Assembly: GCA_000165345.1 (NCBI GenBank)
Contig: CM000435.1
Span: 1,120,001 to 1,184,000 of the forward strand
Direction: 5' to 3'
DNA: 64,000 nucleotides
Each line of letters starts with the position of its first letter. The stretch's first letter is position 1. A model generated the notes under the pieces. The model ran no database searches and had not been told where the DNA came from. It worked only from the letters and a program-made list of their open reading frames with translations. The translations under genes were made by a program, and so were the position numbers. This document shows, piece after piece, positions 23,401 to 31,950 of this stretch.

Positions 23401-26400
23401 AGTAGACGATGATGATGTAGGAGGTTGTGGACGAAGACCTACAACATCATTTCGTTGGAATACTTCCTCCAATGACATTGTAAGGACATTCGAGGGAGCT
23501 ACAGTTATTCCAAACCTTCCAATTCCAAGAACTCTAAAGGAAAGTATATTAGGTGGTACAGATAATCCCGTAGATTGAAGTCCTCTAAAGGTTAAAGGAG
23601 CTCTACAAATTACAATTCCACCTCCCATGGATGCTTGATCACACTGAACAATTCTTCCATCAATATTAACATTAAAGTTTTCATTTGGAAGTGCACCAAT
23701 GAAGGTAGAAGAGTGAGGATGGTTTCTGAAAGCAGAAGGGACCTCATTGCCTCCACCATTCCCTCCTATAGGATGAAGATCACCACTTCCATTTGTAGTA
23801 GACCCATTTCCTGCATTTGGTGATCCAGATCCAGATTCACCTATCGAGTTCTGATTTTTGGGACTATCTTTTGATTTAGAGTCTCCATCTTGGTTTTCTG
23901 AGTTATAATTAATGAGCTCACTAGAGATGCATTTTAAGAAAGATCTTGGGAATAAGTGAAGATCTGGTAAGGTAACTGAGAAATTACGGATATTGGCTGT
24001 GGATTCTTTATTATTTTGAGTAATTTCGTTAAGTTGAAGAATCCATTCTTGAGTTTCTTGAAAGTCAAGTGCAGTAAAATGAGATCCATAAACCTTGTTA
24101 GTGTTTGTAGATGTTTGAGAAACTTCTTTCTGGTAAATACCTGAGGATAAGTCTTTTATTGTACATTGTCTAATACATTCCGTGAGCATGACTGAGATCT
24201 TTCCTTCAATCTTTGAGTTTCTGGTCCATAAATCTTTAAGAGTATGCTTCTCACCATTATGCAGCTTCAAGAACTTTATCAAGATTGAATATGAAATATC
24301 TCCTGAATTCTGATTATTTCTCAAAAGCCTATTTCTTGTTGTCTCTTGTGAAGATTCTGTCTCAGTTCTATTAAGTTTTGCTGAGTAACATGTTAACTGT
24401 ATTGAATAAATTAAAATATTGAGAATATCTTCAACATACAATTCCAACTCTTCACATAACTCATCATTTCTTCTAAACCCATCTTCAACTTTGCTATTTG
24501 GTTCTTCTATTGACTTGAGGCTCTGGATCTTTTCTGAAATAGATGTTAAGATACTAAAAGTATAGGATATAACTCTTTCTTTAATAGTTTTCTCGCTTCC
24601 TCCTGATATTAAAGTAGTTAAGAGATAAGTCTTAAATAATATCCATCCTCTCTTTTTCAGTCTTTTAATATAGCTATTGTTGAGTATCATGCTATTAATT
24701 CGGTTCAAACTATTTAATAAGATGATTGAAGATGAGGATGATGATGATGATGAAAATGAAAAGGAAGATGCCAAATTCGATGTTGTTGATAAAGATAAAT
24801 TAACTTCAGATCTTATTGAATGAAGCTGATCACTCTGTTCTTTGGATTCAAATTCAACCTCATCTTTATTATTCAATATGAAACGATTTCCTATATTGCT
24901 GTTACTTCTACTCATAAATCCTTCTGTAATGGTTGAAGATAGCATTTCTATTTTAATCTTCTTACTATAAAGCTTAACTATGCTACAACCACATCCTTTC
25001 TCTCCATCTATTTTACTCGTATCATTAACTGTGTGGTTCAAGCTCAAATTTCTTTGTTTCTCCTCAAGATCTTTATTTGAATATTTATTGCATGCATGTA
25101 AAGGTACCAAGGATTCGAATATAAAGCCATCTTTAGAGTCAGTTGTTGTGAGGATATTATTATCTGAAGAACTTGAGCTTTCAAACAAGTCAAGGTTTTG
25201 TATTTGGAACTGATAGTAGAATGACATTTCATCATTTTCTGAAACAGGATCAAATTCATCAATATATTCTGATCTAAATACAAATATATTAGAATCTGAG
25301 TTATAATTGATTCTGTAGAAAGAATTAAACTTGCATTTGTCTGCAAATATTGGGATAGAATGAGTTGGCAAATATGAGAGTCTTTGAATAAATAAGAATA
25401 TACGGGTATGATTTTGATCTCCATTTGAACCTTGGATGACTTGTTCTATATGATATCCTTGCTCTTGGAAGATTCGAATCAAGCTCTTTTCATCTTGAGA
25501 TTTAATTTCAGCAATAATGATCCCAGTTACTGTGTCTCCAATTGTGATTTGAGTATCAAATGATGAACTTGACTCTTGTATTTGAGGTGGTGATATATCT
25601 TTTTCTGTTCCTTGATCTTGAATGAAGGGAAATATACAAGAGCTGATGTTTCTAAGTAAAGAAATCTCATCATTACTTTTTTTTGAGACAATCATAAAGT
25701 ATAATATTACTATTCTGAGGGATGAATCAAACCATAATTCATCATTTTCAGTGATATTTTGGTAGAGTTGTCTTGTTTGTAGGATTTTACTGTTAAAGAT
25801 TCGTGAAATCCATTCTTGAATATTATTCACTATTCCTCCCATATATCTAAAAGTATCTCCAGAAAGAGGTTCTCTTTTCATTTCTATTGTAGAAATAATC
25901 TGTGATAAGCTCTCCATGGATAAGGAGGGTTGCTGTTTTTTGTTTCTTTTTTCAAAACAAAGCTCCAGTAAGGATCTGAACTTGAAATCGTAGATCATAA
26001 CCAGTTGAGCAAGACGAATATATAGCCAGCCTTCATATCTCAGAAATGAATGGAGAGATACTTTAAAGTATTTATGAGATGATGTAATCTTGTAAATTTG
26101 TTCTAAAGTCATCAACTTTAGGAAGGAGGAAAATATTTCAGTCTTAACAACTTTGTTCATATCATGAATGCTTGTGGGCCCGTTCATAATAAAATGAATA
26201 TAGAGGTCCAAAACCTGACTTGAAGTCATTTCAGTATCTATTGCTCCTTCTACATTCAAATTATAAACGTGATCTTGAAGGTGATTAAGACTTGGTAAAT
26301 TCTCTCCCTTCCAATTTGAAGTGCTTAAATTACCAGAAAAAACAGAAGGATCAGAATTGTTTCTATTTAACTTTGAAGAAACAGAAACTGAGGATGATGA

Positions 26401-29400
26401 CGAGCTTGGAACTCCAAAAGATCCCATTGAAGTTATTATTGGCTGCTCAAAGCTTTGTTGAGAAGATCTTCTTCTAATACTTAACAGTTGTTTCAACATA
26501 TCTATATGATGACTGTTGCTATTAAAAATAATATTAGTGTCAGTAGCTCTTCTATTCTTTTTCTTACCTTCTAAAGGTACTCCATTCTCTGAATCTAATT
26601 GAGTAGAACCTGAAATATTCTCCTGTCCAGATTTACAATATACAGCATCAAGATTTTCGTATTCTTCCACGTGAGCGATCGTAGGATTTCTATATCTATT
26701 ACAAAGGTTAAATGGAACATTTTCAATAATCCATTTACATCTTGAAATTGTATTTTCAATAAACTTCTCTTTGATCTTAGCTTGCTCTTGGAAGTCTATA
26801 TTCTCTTGTCCATTTGAACTACATTGTGCTTGCCAGTTTGACAAGAGCTGTGAACAACAATTCTTTGAGATATTTAATGACATCTCTAATACTGCAATCT
26901 TGTTATTATCAAATTTTGAAATATTATCCACTCCAAAAAGATGCATTATTACAGAATATACAGCTAATTGAAGATTTTTATATTTTGGATGGAAAGTTCT
27001 CCAATAGTTTCCTAATAATTGTATACTTTCTGAGTCAGAGTTTATGATCTTTGTGATCAAATTTTGACCCTTTAACTCAGTTTCCATATTTTCTTCATTC
27101 CCAATGGCTTGTTCTGATAATATATTTAATAAGTTATCAATCCAATCAGATCTTGAATTCATTAGGCTAGAAATTCTAAGGTTAAAATTATCAAATCCTT
27201 TATATTCTAGCAGATTCTCTATCACATTTCTGAATATCAATGGATGAATATTAGTTGATAACTGAATTAAATTCTTCTCCTTTATAGAATTAAACAAATA
27301 GTCTCTCAATACAATGGAAATATCAATACTTGCCCAAACAAATAACTGGGATAATAACCAATTAAACTGTATATGAGACTCTACAACAGAATGCATAGAC
27401 TCTTGATTAAGAATTCCTCCTCCTACAGTCAGAAGATCATGATCAAATAAGTCTCTCGAGAAATCAGAGAATTTCTCATTAAATTTCACCATTTTCTTTA
27501 AAATTCCAAGATTTAAGTTAACTAAATTCTCATTAAGAAGGTACTGTAGTTGTCTCTTAATTCTTCCAATAATTACTGGATGAACATTTTGTATACTCTC
27601 AATACTTTCTTCTGATTTCTTTAAGTTATTCATTAATAATTCGGAACAACATAAACTATAAGAAATCACATTTCCCAAGGCTTCAGTTACTCCGTACTTA
27701 AGCATATACCCAAACCAAATAATTTCTGACGATGTATAAATACCACTTTTGTCTTTGTATACATTTTGTATTACACTTCTAATAATATCTTTGGAGTTTG
27801 AATCGAGATTTTTGATTGTATAGTCATTCAAATGATTAAAAGGTACCGGCTTATTTTCTGAACTCTTTTTTGAATCAGGAAACTGGAAAGAACAGTATTT
27901 GCTATATTTATAGTGATATTTGGTTTCAAGCCAATCTTGTGAATGTTTGACTAAGATATCAACAATCTGGTAAATCACTTCTCTCCAGAATATGATGTTC
28001 TTGTCATTCTTTAAGAAATCACGTGATGGCTTCAGATCCTTCAAAGTTTGAACTGAAAGTTCATCTTCTCTGAATTCTTCTTGATTATAAGCATTGTGAT
28101 CAAGTCTCTCTTCTATATGAAGATGATCTTGAGGAACTACAACATCTTTAACTCCTGAAATCATTGAACTACTTATTCTTCTTCTCATTTTCTCTTGATT
28201 TCCACGATCTTCATTGATTATTCCTACTTTAACTATAGGTACTGGTGATCTAGATTGATCATGATTATTATTGTTTCTATCTGACTCTTCAAGACTTTCT
28301 AAGGCCTCTTTACTATTTAGTCCGTAGTTTCTTTCTTTTTTCTTAGAATACTTAGCAAATTGGACTTCCTTTTCAAATCGATCAGAAATTAATTCAATGA
28401 TATTTGCCTGGGAAATCTTCATCCCATTTGTGACAAAAATGTTAATTAGGATGTTTAATATAATCCTATTATCACAGTTATTACGGTATATTGGGGTACG
28501 GATACTCATAATATGCTTACTTGTCTTATTCTTAAAGCTATCATAGTACTTATACATCCAATCAAGAGTAGAATAGTTTTTTCTCTCAGTCTCAATTTGA
28601 ATCTTAATCCAATCTGTTAAGTTCTGGCTTAGAGAGGAGTCTTTTGAAAGAGTATCTCCAAACTGTAAGTTTTCATTCAAGATCTCAGCTTGGTAGTTTT
28701 CACTGGATGAGAAATCTGCATTTCTTTTCAATAACTCTCTAAGTAAAATAAAGAAGCTTGAATTGGTGTTAGAATTCTCACTGTAATCATTACCACAACC
28801 TTGCTTACTCTTTAATAATCTGTTGACTATAAGACTAAAGATATTCGCTTCATCCAAGTATTTAATCAAATCAAGAATTTCGTTCACTTCACTTCTCCTT
28901 GACTTCATAATACCTCTAATGAACGCTAAAATGTTTTCTAATGAAATTGAATGGAAAATTGCCTTAATGACTTCATAATTCATTCTGGAAAGTGCATTAA
29001 TGGCAGTGATTCTACATAACCATTGGAACCCCTCCAAATCTGGGTGTAGAGTTAAGTCCATCAATCTTGAAATAATGTAAAAGAATTTCTCCACATTTGA
29101 TGAGATTTGTTCAATATTGAAATTTTCTCCAGTAATAAATGAAGAATGTTCAAGACTTTCTGATCCTTGGATATTTTTGATAATGTAATCATCTACAGAA
29201 ACATAGTTTCTGAGAATAAATACAAGATTCAGAACTAATTGAATATCAGAAAGTATCTCAGAAACTTGAAATTCTCCTTCATTCTTTTCTTCTTGACAAA
29301 AGTTTGTAATCAAATTAAGTTCATCATTCAAGATTCCAAGAAGCCTTGACAAATCATCATTTCTTATCATATTGTCACTTAGATTATGATAATGATTCGA

Positions 29401-31497
29401 ATGAAGCTCAAAGACAGCTCTTGGGTCTTTGCTTATACTACTTCTCCATAAACTGGATAAAAATATCAACAAACTACCAATTGAAGCTTTAATTTTAAAA
29501 TTGGTCTCGAAATCCTTTTCATTTGGAAGCTTATTTAAGTCTCCATTTGATCTACGAGTCTCCAAAGATATATGATCTATAATTCTATTATTTAACAAGA
29601 TATCTTTAACCAGTTTTTTTGTCAGATTCTCAGTATTTTGGATCTCAAGAGAAGTCTCATCAATCATTGTAACCTGAATTTTAAGAGTACTCGTCATTTC
29701 TTTTCCAAATCTTAGGGTATGGATAATTTCACCATTAACTAAAATAGAGAGACAACTTTGGATATTCTTTGATGCTTGGGTTTCGATATAAGTCACAAGT
29801 TCCACCAGATAATCCCCTACGAAAGATTTTTCCAATTGTTTAATTGATTTCAATTCCAAAGAAGATGTATTTCCAGGATTATTTCCTGCATAGTATGAAC
29901 CAATAATATGTTTGGATTCATATAAATTTATCTGATTGTCGCAGAATTCCAACATTAGCAAACTTCCTGAGAGTCTTGTTTCCCTTCCTCCTTTAATACA
30001 AGTATCAAATTTTCTAAGACATGGAATATCTTTAGTTTCTTTAGGAGATCTTAAATCATTGATTTCGTCCATACTGGTTGGGTAATCTATTGAAATTTCA
30101 ATTCGAGATCTAACAAGATCCTCCTGAATAACTTCATTGAAAATCCTGGAGTCTGAAATTAAATGGAATTGAACAATATTACAACCAAAAAGTGGGATAT
30201 TCTCAAATATTATATGTTTATAGAAAGGCTGTCCAAAAATATCCTCTCTTTCTCTACAAGTGTTTGAAATACTCTTGAGATTTCCCCACTTTCCATCATT
30301 CTGAGAATCATAGACTAGAAGATTAAAACTGGATAACAATTGTAAGAATTGAAGCTTGCTCCAAATAAGTGAATCAATCTCCAAAACAAACTGATCTCCT
30401 ATTAATCCTTTAAGCTTTATAAGCTCCTGCAAGATTTCCAGCAAAAATGACATATTACCCAACTTAATTATAAGTCTAAGAGACAAATTAATGATTAAGT
30501 TCATTTGCTCAGTATTAAAATATTCACGGGAAATATAACCCAAAGCACTTGAAAATATGTTTGCTAGTTTTGATGACTGGATTATTCTTTCTTCTCGTCT
30601 AACTGGGTTTGAAATCGTATCCTTTTTTAGGAATTCTGTTAAGTTTTGTATCATAGTTCTCAGTTCTGATCCAGAATCCTCCTTGAAAATTAAGCTATAC
30701 TTTTTTTCAATCAAAAAATCATCCAAACTCTTACCAAAATAAATCTCTTTTTCTTGATCTCTATTCATCATTAACCCTCTGCACTTATACCTAAGACCAT
30801 TCTTAAGGTTATTCATATCTTCTCCTTTCATAAGATTTAAATCACCAACCCGTGACAAACTCAGAACAGATTCTCTTAATTTCAACAAAGCACTTGGAAA
30901 ATTTATTACTTCAGCATTACTTAACTTTCCAGTCTCATATAATCCTTTATTTTCTGATCTTATAATCACATTCTCCTCCAACAAAATATCACTAATTCTT
31001 TTCATACTTGCTGTCTCTTCAACACTACTTGCTCTACTTAAACTCAAAAACTGATTCATTTGTTCTGCTAAATTCTTAATTATCTCCTTATCGCATTCTA
31101 CCATACTTCCATAGTGTCTTATCAGGCTTTCTTTAAGCCATTCCCCATAATCCTCGGAAATACTCCCAAAAGGGTCCATCTTTAATACTCTATTCTCATC
31201 CATTATTGCCTTATTATCTTCATAAACAACTACTTTTCCTTTACTTTTAATTACTTCATTATTACTTTCTCTTAACCTCTTAACCCTTTTAATTGAATTG
31301 GAAATCATTCTACTTACATATTCTCTTCTTCCTTCTGCGGAATCAACTCCAGAAAGCTGACCTAATCCCCCTAATATATACCTTTCCGCCAATTCTGATG
31401 GTGAAACATCCAGCTTTCTTAATTCTATAAATATTTCCATAGGATTCACACATCTTTCCTTCACTATCTTATCAAAATCATTCTTTTGTATACTCAT
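11455..31497 (-). CDS. Giant HECT-domain E3 ubiquitin-protein ligase (6680 aa) with ankyrin repeats, HUWE1/HEUL-like
   Basis: A 20,043-nt intronless ORF. The C-terminal 350 aa form a HECT domain (...LRFVSGRSRLP...LPIATTCGFRLSLPRYSSIEILRSRLLYAIN), with the catalytic Cys in TTCGF about 35 residues from the C-terminus. Mid-protein ankyrin-like repeats are present (GNTSYHFALAFGHLDIIQLL; TPFWLACWIGNEQIVQYLL), along with several poly-Ser tracts. Confidence 0.9.
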   Translation of the reverse strand: MSIQKNDFDKIVKERCVNPMEIFIELRKLDVSPSELAERYILGGLGQLSGVDSAEGRREYVSRMISNSIKRVKRLRESNNEVIKSKGKVVVYEDNKAIMDENRVLKMDPFGSISEDYGEWLKESLIRHYGSMVECDKEIIKNLAEQMNQFLSLSRASSVEETASMKRISDILLEENVIIRSENKGLYETGKLSNAEVINFPSALLKLRESVLSLSRVGDLNLMKGEDMNNLKNGLRYKCRGLMMNRDQEKEIYFGKSLDDFLIEKKYSLIFKEDSGSELRTMIQNLTEFLKKDTISNPVRREERIIQSSKLANIFSSALGYISREYFNTEQMNLIINLSLRLIIKLGNMSFLLEILQELIKLKGLIGDQFVLEIDSLIWSKLQFLQLLSSFNLLVYDSQNDGKWGNLKSISNTCREREDIFGQPFYKHIIFENIPLFGCNIVQFHLISDSRIFNEVIQEDLVRSRIEISIDYPTSMDEINDLRSPKETKDIPCLRKFDTCIKGGRETRLSGSLLMLEFCDNQINLYESKHIIGSYYAGNNPGNTSSLELKSIKQLEKSFVGDYLVELVTYIETQASKNIQSCLSILVNGEIIHTLRFGKEMTSTLKIQVTMIDETSLEIQNTENLTKKLVKDILLNNRIIDHISLETRRSNGDLNKLPNEKDFETNFKIKASIGSLLIFLSSLWRSSISKDPRAVFELHSNHYHNLSDNMIRNDDLSRLLGILNDELNLITNFCQEEKNEGEFQVSEILSDIQLVLNLVFILRNYVSVDDYIIKNIQGSESLEHSSFITGENFNIEQISSNVEKFFYIISRLMDLTLHPDLEGFQWLCRITAINALSRMNYEVIKAIFHSISLENILAFIRGIMKSRRSEVNEILDLIKYLDEANIFSLIVNRLLKSKQGCGNDYSENSNTNSSFFILLRELLKRNADFSSSENYQAEILNENLQFGDTLSKDSSLSQNLTDWIKIQIETERKNYSTLDWMYKYYDSFKNKTSKHIMSIRTPIYRNNCDNRIILNILINIFVTNGMKISQANIIELISDRFEKEVQFAKYSKKKERNYGLNSKEALESLEESDRNNNNHDQSRSPVPIVKVGIINEDRGNQEKMRRRISSSMISGVKDVVVPQDHLHIEERLDHNAYNQEEFREDELSVQTLKDLKPSRDFLKNDKNIIFWREVIYQIVDILVKHSQDWLETKYHYKYSKYCSFQFPDSKKSSENKPVPFNHLNDYTIKNLDSNSKDIIRSVIQNVYKDKSGIYTSSEIIWFGYMLKYGVTEALGNVISYSLCCSELLMNNLKKSEESIESIQNVHPVIIGRIKRQLQYLLNENLVNLNLGILKKMVKFNEKFSDFSRDLFDHDLLTVGGGILNQESMHSVVESHIQFNWLLSQLFVWASIDISIVLRDYLFNSIKEKNLIQLSTNIHPLIFRNVIENLLEYKGFDNFNLRISSLMNSRSDWIDNLLNILSEQAIGNEENMETELKGQNLITKIINSDSESIQLLGNYWRTFHPKYKNLQLAVYSVIMHLFGVDNISKFDNNKIAVLEMSLNISKNCCSQLLSNWQAQCSSNGQENIDFQEQAKIKEKFIENTISRCKWIIENVPFNLCNRYRNPTIAHVEEYENLDAVYCKSGQENISGSTQLDSENGVPLEGKKKNRRATDTNIIFNSNSHHIDMLKQLLSIRRRSSQQSFEQPIITSMGSFGVPSSSSSSVSVSSKLNRNNSDPSVFSGNLSTSNWKGENLPSLNHLQDHVYNLNVEGAIDTEMTSSQVLDLYIHFIMNGPTSIHDMNKVVKTEIFSSFLKLMTLEQIYKITSSHKYFKVSLHSFLRYEGWLYIRLAQLVMIYDFKFRSLLELCFEKRNKKQQPSLSMESLSQIISTIEMKREPLSGDTFRYMGGIVNNIQEWISRIFNSKILQTRQLYQNITENDELWFDSSLRIVILYFMIVSKKSNDEISLLRNISSCIFPFIQDQGTEKDISPPQIQESSSSFDTQITIGDTVTGIIIAEIKSQDEKSLIRIFQEQGYHIEQVIQGSNGDQNHTRIFLFIQRLSYLPTHSIPIFADKCKFNSFYRINYNSDSNIFVFRSEYIDEFDPVSENDEMSFYYQFQIQNLDLFESSSSSDNNILTTTDSKDGFIFESLVPLHACNKYSNKDLEEKQRNLSLNHTVNDTSKIDGEKGCGCSIVKLYSKKIKIEMLSSTITEGFMSRSNSNIGNRFILNNKDEVEFESKEQSDQLHSIRSEVNLSLSTTSNLASSFSFSSSSSSSSSIILLNSLNRINSMILNNSYIKRLKKRGWILFKTYLLTTLISGGSEKTIKERVISYTFSILTSISEKIQSLKSIEEPNSKVEDGFRRNDELCEELELYVEDILNILIYSIQLTCYSAKLNRTETESSQETTRNRLLRNNQNSGDISYSILIKFLKLHNGEKHTLKDLWTRNSKIEGKISVMLTECIRQCTIKDLSSGIYQKEVSQTSTNTNKVYGSHFTALDFQETQEWILQLNEITQNNKESTANIRNFSVTLPDLHLFPRSFLKCISSELINYNSENQDGDSKSKDSPKNQNSIGESGSGSPNAGNGSTTNGSGDLHPIGGNGGGNEVPSAFRNHPHSSTFIGALPNENFNVNIDGRIVQCDQASMGGGIVICRAPLTFRGLQSTGLSVPPNILSFRVLGIGRFGITVAPSNVLTMSLEEVFQRNDVVGLRPQPPTSSSSTSSSTSSNPGVYQLPENMFALEIPYSEGTVIDIRYGVSSNSSGSILRSEIFIGGESIGSVLEVQFNELAQISEDTRLSVIFVILDPLTILYEGLPFSTRYRRRSSTWFESIHGGRVVTQEQIQQLASGSSSSSASPSIHNLVMKELDLNNKKQLYNISFLVYIQNIKLFQEILVSSHGLLSGLKDNLVKSIHKTILSISSDFEAHLETFFSVKTLDHEISDSLELSLPSDNQDLDITLQLLDSLIEKTLLMCSICTIFGVDLNPLEENDDSGMNLPIKHPDTISCKENPKTHFERELLLRRRCSNITYGDLPWLSSSIDSGVLCYSSLFGLKLSQLELILEGFYQLFKVKFIHQFYFLLGTENLKICISDEFVSKWGKILELQKHLLDSLSVLISRSSLIVSLISRVILEFCPGNDAPKLSEKMKNILFGFFSLIGNFSLYSCGDANQGLRSSNETRELELFNIFSQKGRNFQEKNQHKFKPIVTKEEKSLYDIITSTGIDCDQNFSSDPLQSQDQNQNELSSSNKLYDLPEIQMRTILLTEDCNVLWKWILRQGFVNRDNHSNYSSSKIKAVRHLDNSIYGMLSMNQRIFNLEGSNPITAKKLVLKSNGTTATWSIKISAIDTLCNICGIIPDHINKLLFQDTKYSSEEYQKSDKQLSNKLPDEKTISERFYQIIRIMRICTYFIIRGREDFVFPAAHQNMDDSNHLSPSPDYWLMFKRSIYNDIHNTSEISIKDSTRKILNRIDSESALTDKLYSWQRLIYVTSCYIDLDEEIDENTDQVMDQLVIEKSHMRRTITHFLKTEIIFHLVGSLIQIFSIRIKETNNGQSSSGNHPKQLKYSSLSPSVYVAHWLMDQFIRHPLCPSFIRSSIVNRLTWNFLFSLLTNGVHIPTKLAIDSCRMTYWITNHRNMKSDLGKYKEIQDQEYDHDQAREIIDQSQGILDSICYCVSCILSLYESKVNFDGENPLVNVNNLPVFRELILGKVPITQLGWDYFTSAEDYKPINRQKINTTLVCHFMACSARCILDSSNEYTLLPLPHILSFFNRYLSFISISNHLMLSTSDTAILSNNEINKTRSLSERKLSRNEIYDEIFNDDIKPNTLFPWKYIQNTLNYISPKSMLLSLGESPISQEYHSVLRINYGNSLENGLIEKNKGRNLASNGYLYPNQNTYNPQLNKMHKRNSGFIGFKLKPLKLKFDYERNHKVPRILYSINNTGINGLIYEYGGYEIGQKNIKLREVIKHSYENGDIQFEEKQKINRNEFRVILNSGHKSVSYCLRSDNMLYVNGLHSSSVKALFRFNKLSECGENNGIHPIKLILVGGIVFERQLSEIEISSFYTNWIQGELFQKLKPKKRDTNIKSELLSQNNGYLGSILYSYYDDKCLNFGGEEISQSLTRIRAASSFSIQARSKQKYLDISVIFQNRLLILEVNGTPVAITGLPPQARFILPIIYLESNKRTSIRSSLAISQNSSSKSHCSESSELETQSDVNSLIYCDVQLNSCIEDIFIPYTQIISKIDYLPVISECSDSQDKLQIENDSVKWIPSEFKHRFKIQDRKDCYSNGSLKMLKIQTPSRKVVGGSLDQISNENSTPRSELKRKKKGLSLLGYMHPNIPSGVSFCSSSNTSRDLYSPALFKNWKNWVLPENTVWRVNRIEDDTQIQNNNDDECYLNDNREISIKSRLFKSLDPCKSFSITFKIQKLNDHEISNEIGEKSPQTFGVGIDWLDGMYRFIWLNDGRFIVPSLPPLPFEISKLYKEYKIPTNQEIIIENLDSYEFSDSRSQKVSIPKYGLHDQITIEFQPSIPALIFFKNNEYSFSFNFTEFYKRMSGNLLLSLESCPQREVFSQVGGHFEEISQQMNCTQNLSEKMIWIVRTLFVMTILQNDVLVMSHLISKYSKYLIDLEKGEFLFKVLITEDLYNNILNCIPKCISSSKMTIRSLLSNIYDYVMFPDPREFFSIQEQVLNWDLLNTHFSMSNQDEINHQAFNSSSTSFSSLRVFSEKRSQKIVKHETPFWLACWIGNEQIVQYLLNFVHVDNRALNLLDTDDHLSLYIGCYGMVIEGRERENSGLHTISNSIGTISYSSSSSFSSSSSSSSSSSSSISNLNNSSHHHQFRYLIQIENRKFNAQNIQKERLGMLLGELKGYSLYQTGLMASIISGNARIAYILMVVYDSDVNIQDRLGNTSYHFALAFGHLDIIQLLSFKGVNPYITNNHDQFAGSLYRTLLKKFVERDRSQGGVGQSENGTDLGVPEQFNNSSGPGSGSGSGSSSGTTGSKMLDWAIIPSPPKISFHAEKEDIAEFTQQYEKLYCFSVCNSQKIDAEKESQKSFINMNIQNKSNLLPPYQYPWPGLFSDCQIVAMADLDPSSCLEKDHSSDTYISIESLEIGGVLQKKNSHPKDLEIVQNCSRNKSKNTSFKDLFAARIYDKKILNIHIIQYLFYRWIRSIKCHSGSIAASTSLSSNSIVNMSINRKPETGRPTDDFVYNVNSINYYHYTQPVSVSQSGPPSNHFGYDQSGMSSSSATSSSSPPLPSSINSTSNTSSLGGEISGINSGYRITSSTGSSNHYHHRGSVTNISGDINSSGPELQIPNRLGNVRSQNRSSNYNSLLGVGAFGAVITAPDKILIPQEVMEEIYNGLSQVRNIKELLDIINVTYKYIAQVLTVKCSMGDGIHGMGNIEISFPKNAGVNYSESGENLENDQNSWNVKEADEKLLQEQMVKCCWELLEMEEAIDKHHGYYPYWTVEHERFIWIHNIRKLLSLVKDYDNNLDYISCNSWIEWIPNLDLFDKNCYNKYKKSILSEKKNSSYSKLGIIGEEQEFLDFKFLARPVVSLDMKILCKMHQHCQTVIDQKLIQLLNIELGEQQIYRVVLFELLKRINFTDKSEFEIDIEENIIKEDEFRNKSMVLLGIRSLDISKMIPKHDSNIWTRTKISHSDSLDVIRYVSNSIKNLFSLVVLKYCFNRDDQVKLIGDHNNDLETDSSQDPQYEDFHFSKFEEDEFKNNNCESYGPSLIDLNNLFYTEEEFPFKVIEILLGNILPIYTTSLDVFTKIQLNNSGNGGKNQFKLRLQSLFWYVDIMKQFLSGRILLLNKFNDISRFTIPMISGVFNSPTLNYEQEDFLRISCPFYFSNNYFGDLFWKLSKNQFNKNIFKAFNSYYSKKSGVLKNKILRQNIGTEENTSQDLIMTTPLLLLQSSKLLGSWGSYYNIYSSPRYLIHVGPYDIPIPISSYLLLKPYYKLNLVNSLWNDILKRLIYSKKRDGNGNTTANNGLTVHLNRNLAVTGGNPLKYSLLSQSTRQILQMLPEKLRITERPFLIVFRGEGSTDFGGPFQEFLSWISNEIMSKNNDNIDKTTTTKDVQRLGGGVGYMNGIADDLGTNQTLLSNENRYYGLFTPCANALHSIGHNQDTVSINSVYSNYKTINSLYICEEFLLFGSSGQEVSEGNVQSESLLSKFKRDYYTKKNFSSESSFGIEDLEEYDSKMREGGGFMIQTAGYQIFKAIVSKIPSLRCNHSYSGNSKILTYTIDSKIQSFFRREGDHENVNDNGIEIENNREREVEREGEREREVVSIETDEEDGEDTIRLRRTESRYALEEISLSSSNSQSSSSSSSSNSSPVSMGSIPEELNHAESINNTNPTPITTQQEAPQPNIIEEDLGIMHKLDPWEWPKDKEIREMIGEMYECLGRLMGICVTTKSAMNINLNPLIWKKFSGLPLSLKDLVDADCIAYEMLNSLKYIENESLNRKHRKGRGGKREEDVKQLEGREEEGRERGGGTSIPEIEGLTFQIENMNGSITSLLNIEGGEMESSVGVTLENLHLFVQLAERCRMLDDSNIMTNILKGFGTIIPLGRMRMLFNYQKIEYLICGESKIDLLILKNHTVSPHPELKEQLFQVLETFNNEQLQKLLRFVSGRSRLPQVNNNSSDWKFSINYDNPETIQDNRLPIATTCGFRLSLPRYSSIEILRSRLLYAINNCVAIDLDAYVTHDN

Positions 31498-31589
31498 TTT
31501 TCAAATTCTTTCTTAGTTTCCACGCCTAGTATTTCTCTAAATTCCGCCTATTATATTCTTTGCTATATATTTCTTAATTGATTATGGCC

Positions 31590-31625
31590 TTGCATGCAAT
31601 GCAAACTTGGAAATTTTGCATGCAG
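31590..31625. promoter_or_regulatory. Paired TGCATGCA-type palindromes in the divergent promoter between the HECT gene and V-ATPase A
   Basis: Direct read: ttgcatgcaatgcaaacttggaaattttgcatgcag. TGCATGCA is the reported binding palindrome of apicomplexan AP2 factors. Confidence 0.4.
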
Positions 31626-31950
31626 TTTCCCCACACTCCTTCAATTTACACCCAAAAATATTACGTGTCAAATTTTCTATTAATTAGAACCAGTTTGATT
31701 TTTAATTCACAAATTTTGCATGTAATTATTAAATGGTCCAACTGGTTTTCTTCTATAATTCACCTTCAAAGGTTTTTTTGTAATTTGATTCACCCTCTTT
31801 TTCTCCTTTTTTATTATTAATATTCTTCTTTCCTTCCTTTATTCTCTTTTCTTTCCTTTCCTTTACACTCTTTAATTTTCGGTCAATTTAGCTTCTAAGT
31901 CTCTCTCGCCTTTTTTTGCCTCCTTCCCCTCATCCAATCTAAATATTTAA

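Noticed and set aside
11984-31820. Dozens of 60-126-aa ORFs on the opposite strand or in other frames within the HECT gene (for example 25044-25424, 26814-27047)
   Set aside because: They are antisense or out-of-frame to a 20-kb coding ORF. They are Leu/Phe/Ser-rich as expected from reading AT-rich coding DNA in the wrong frame.
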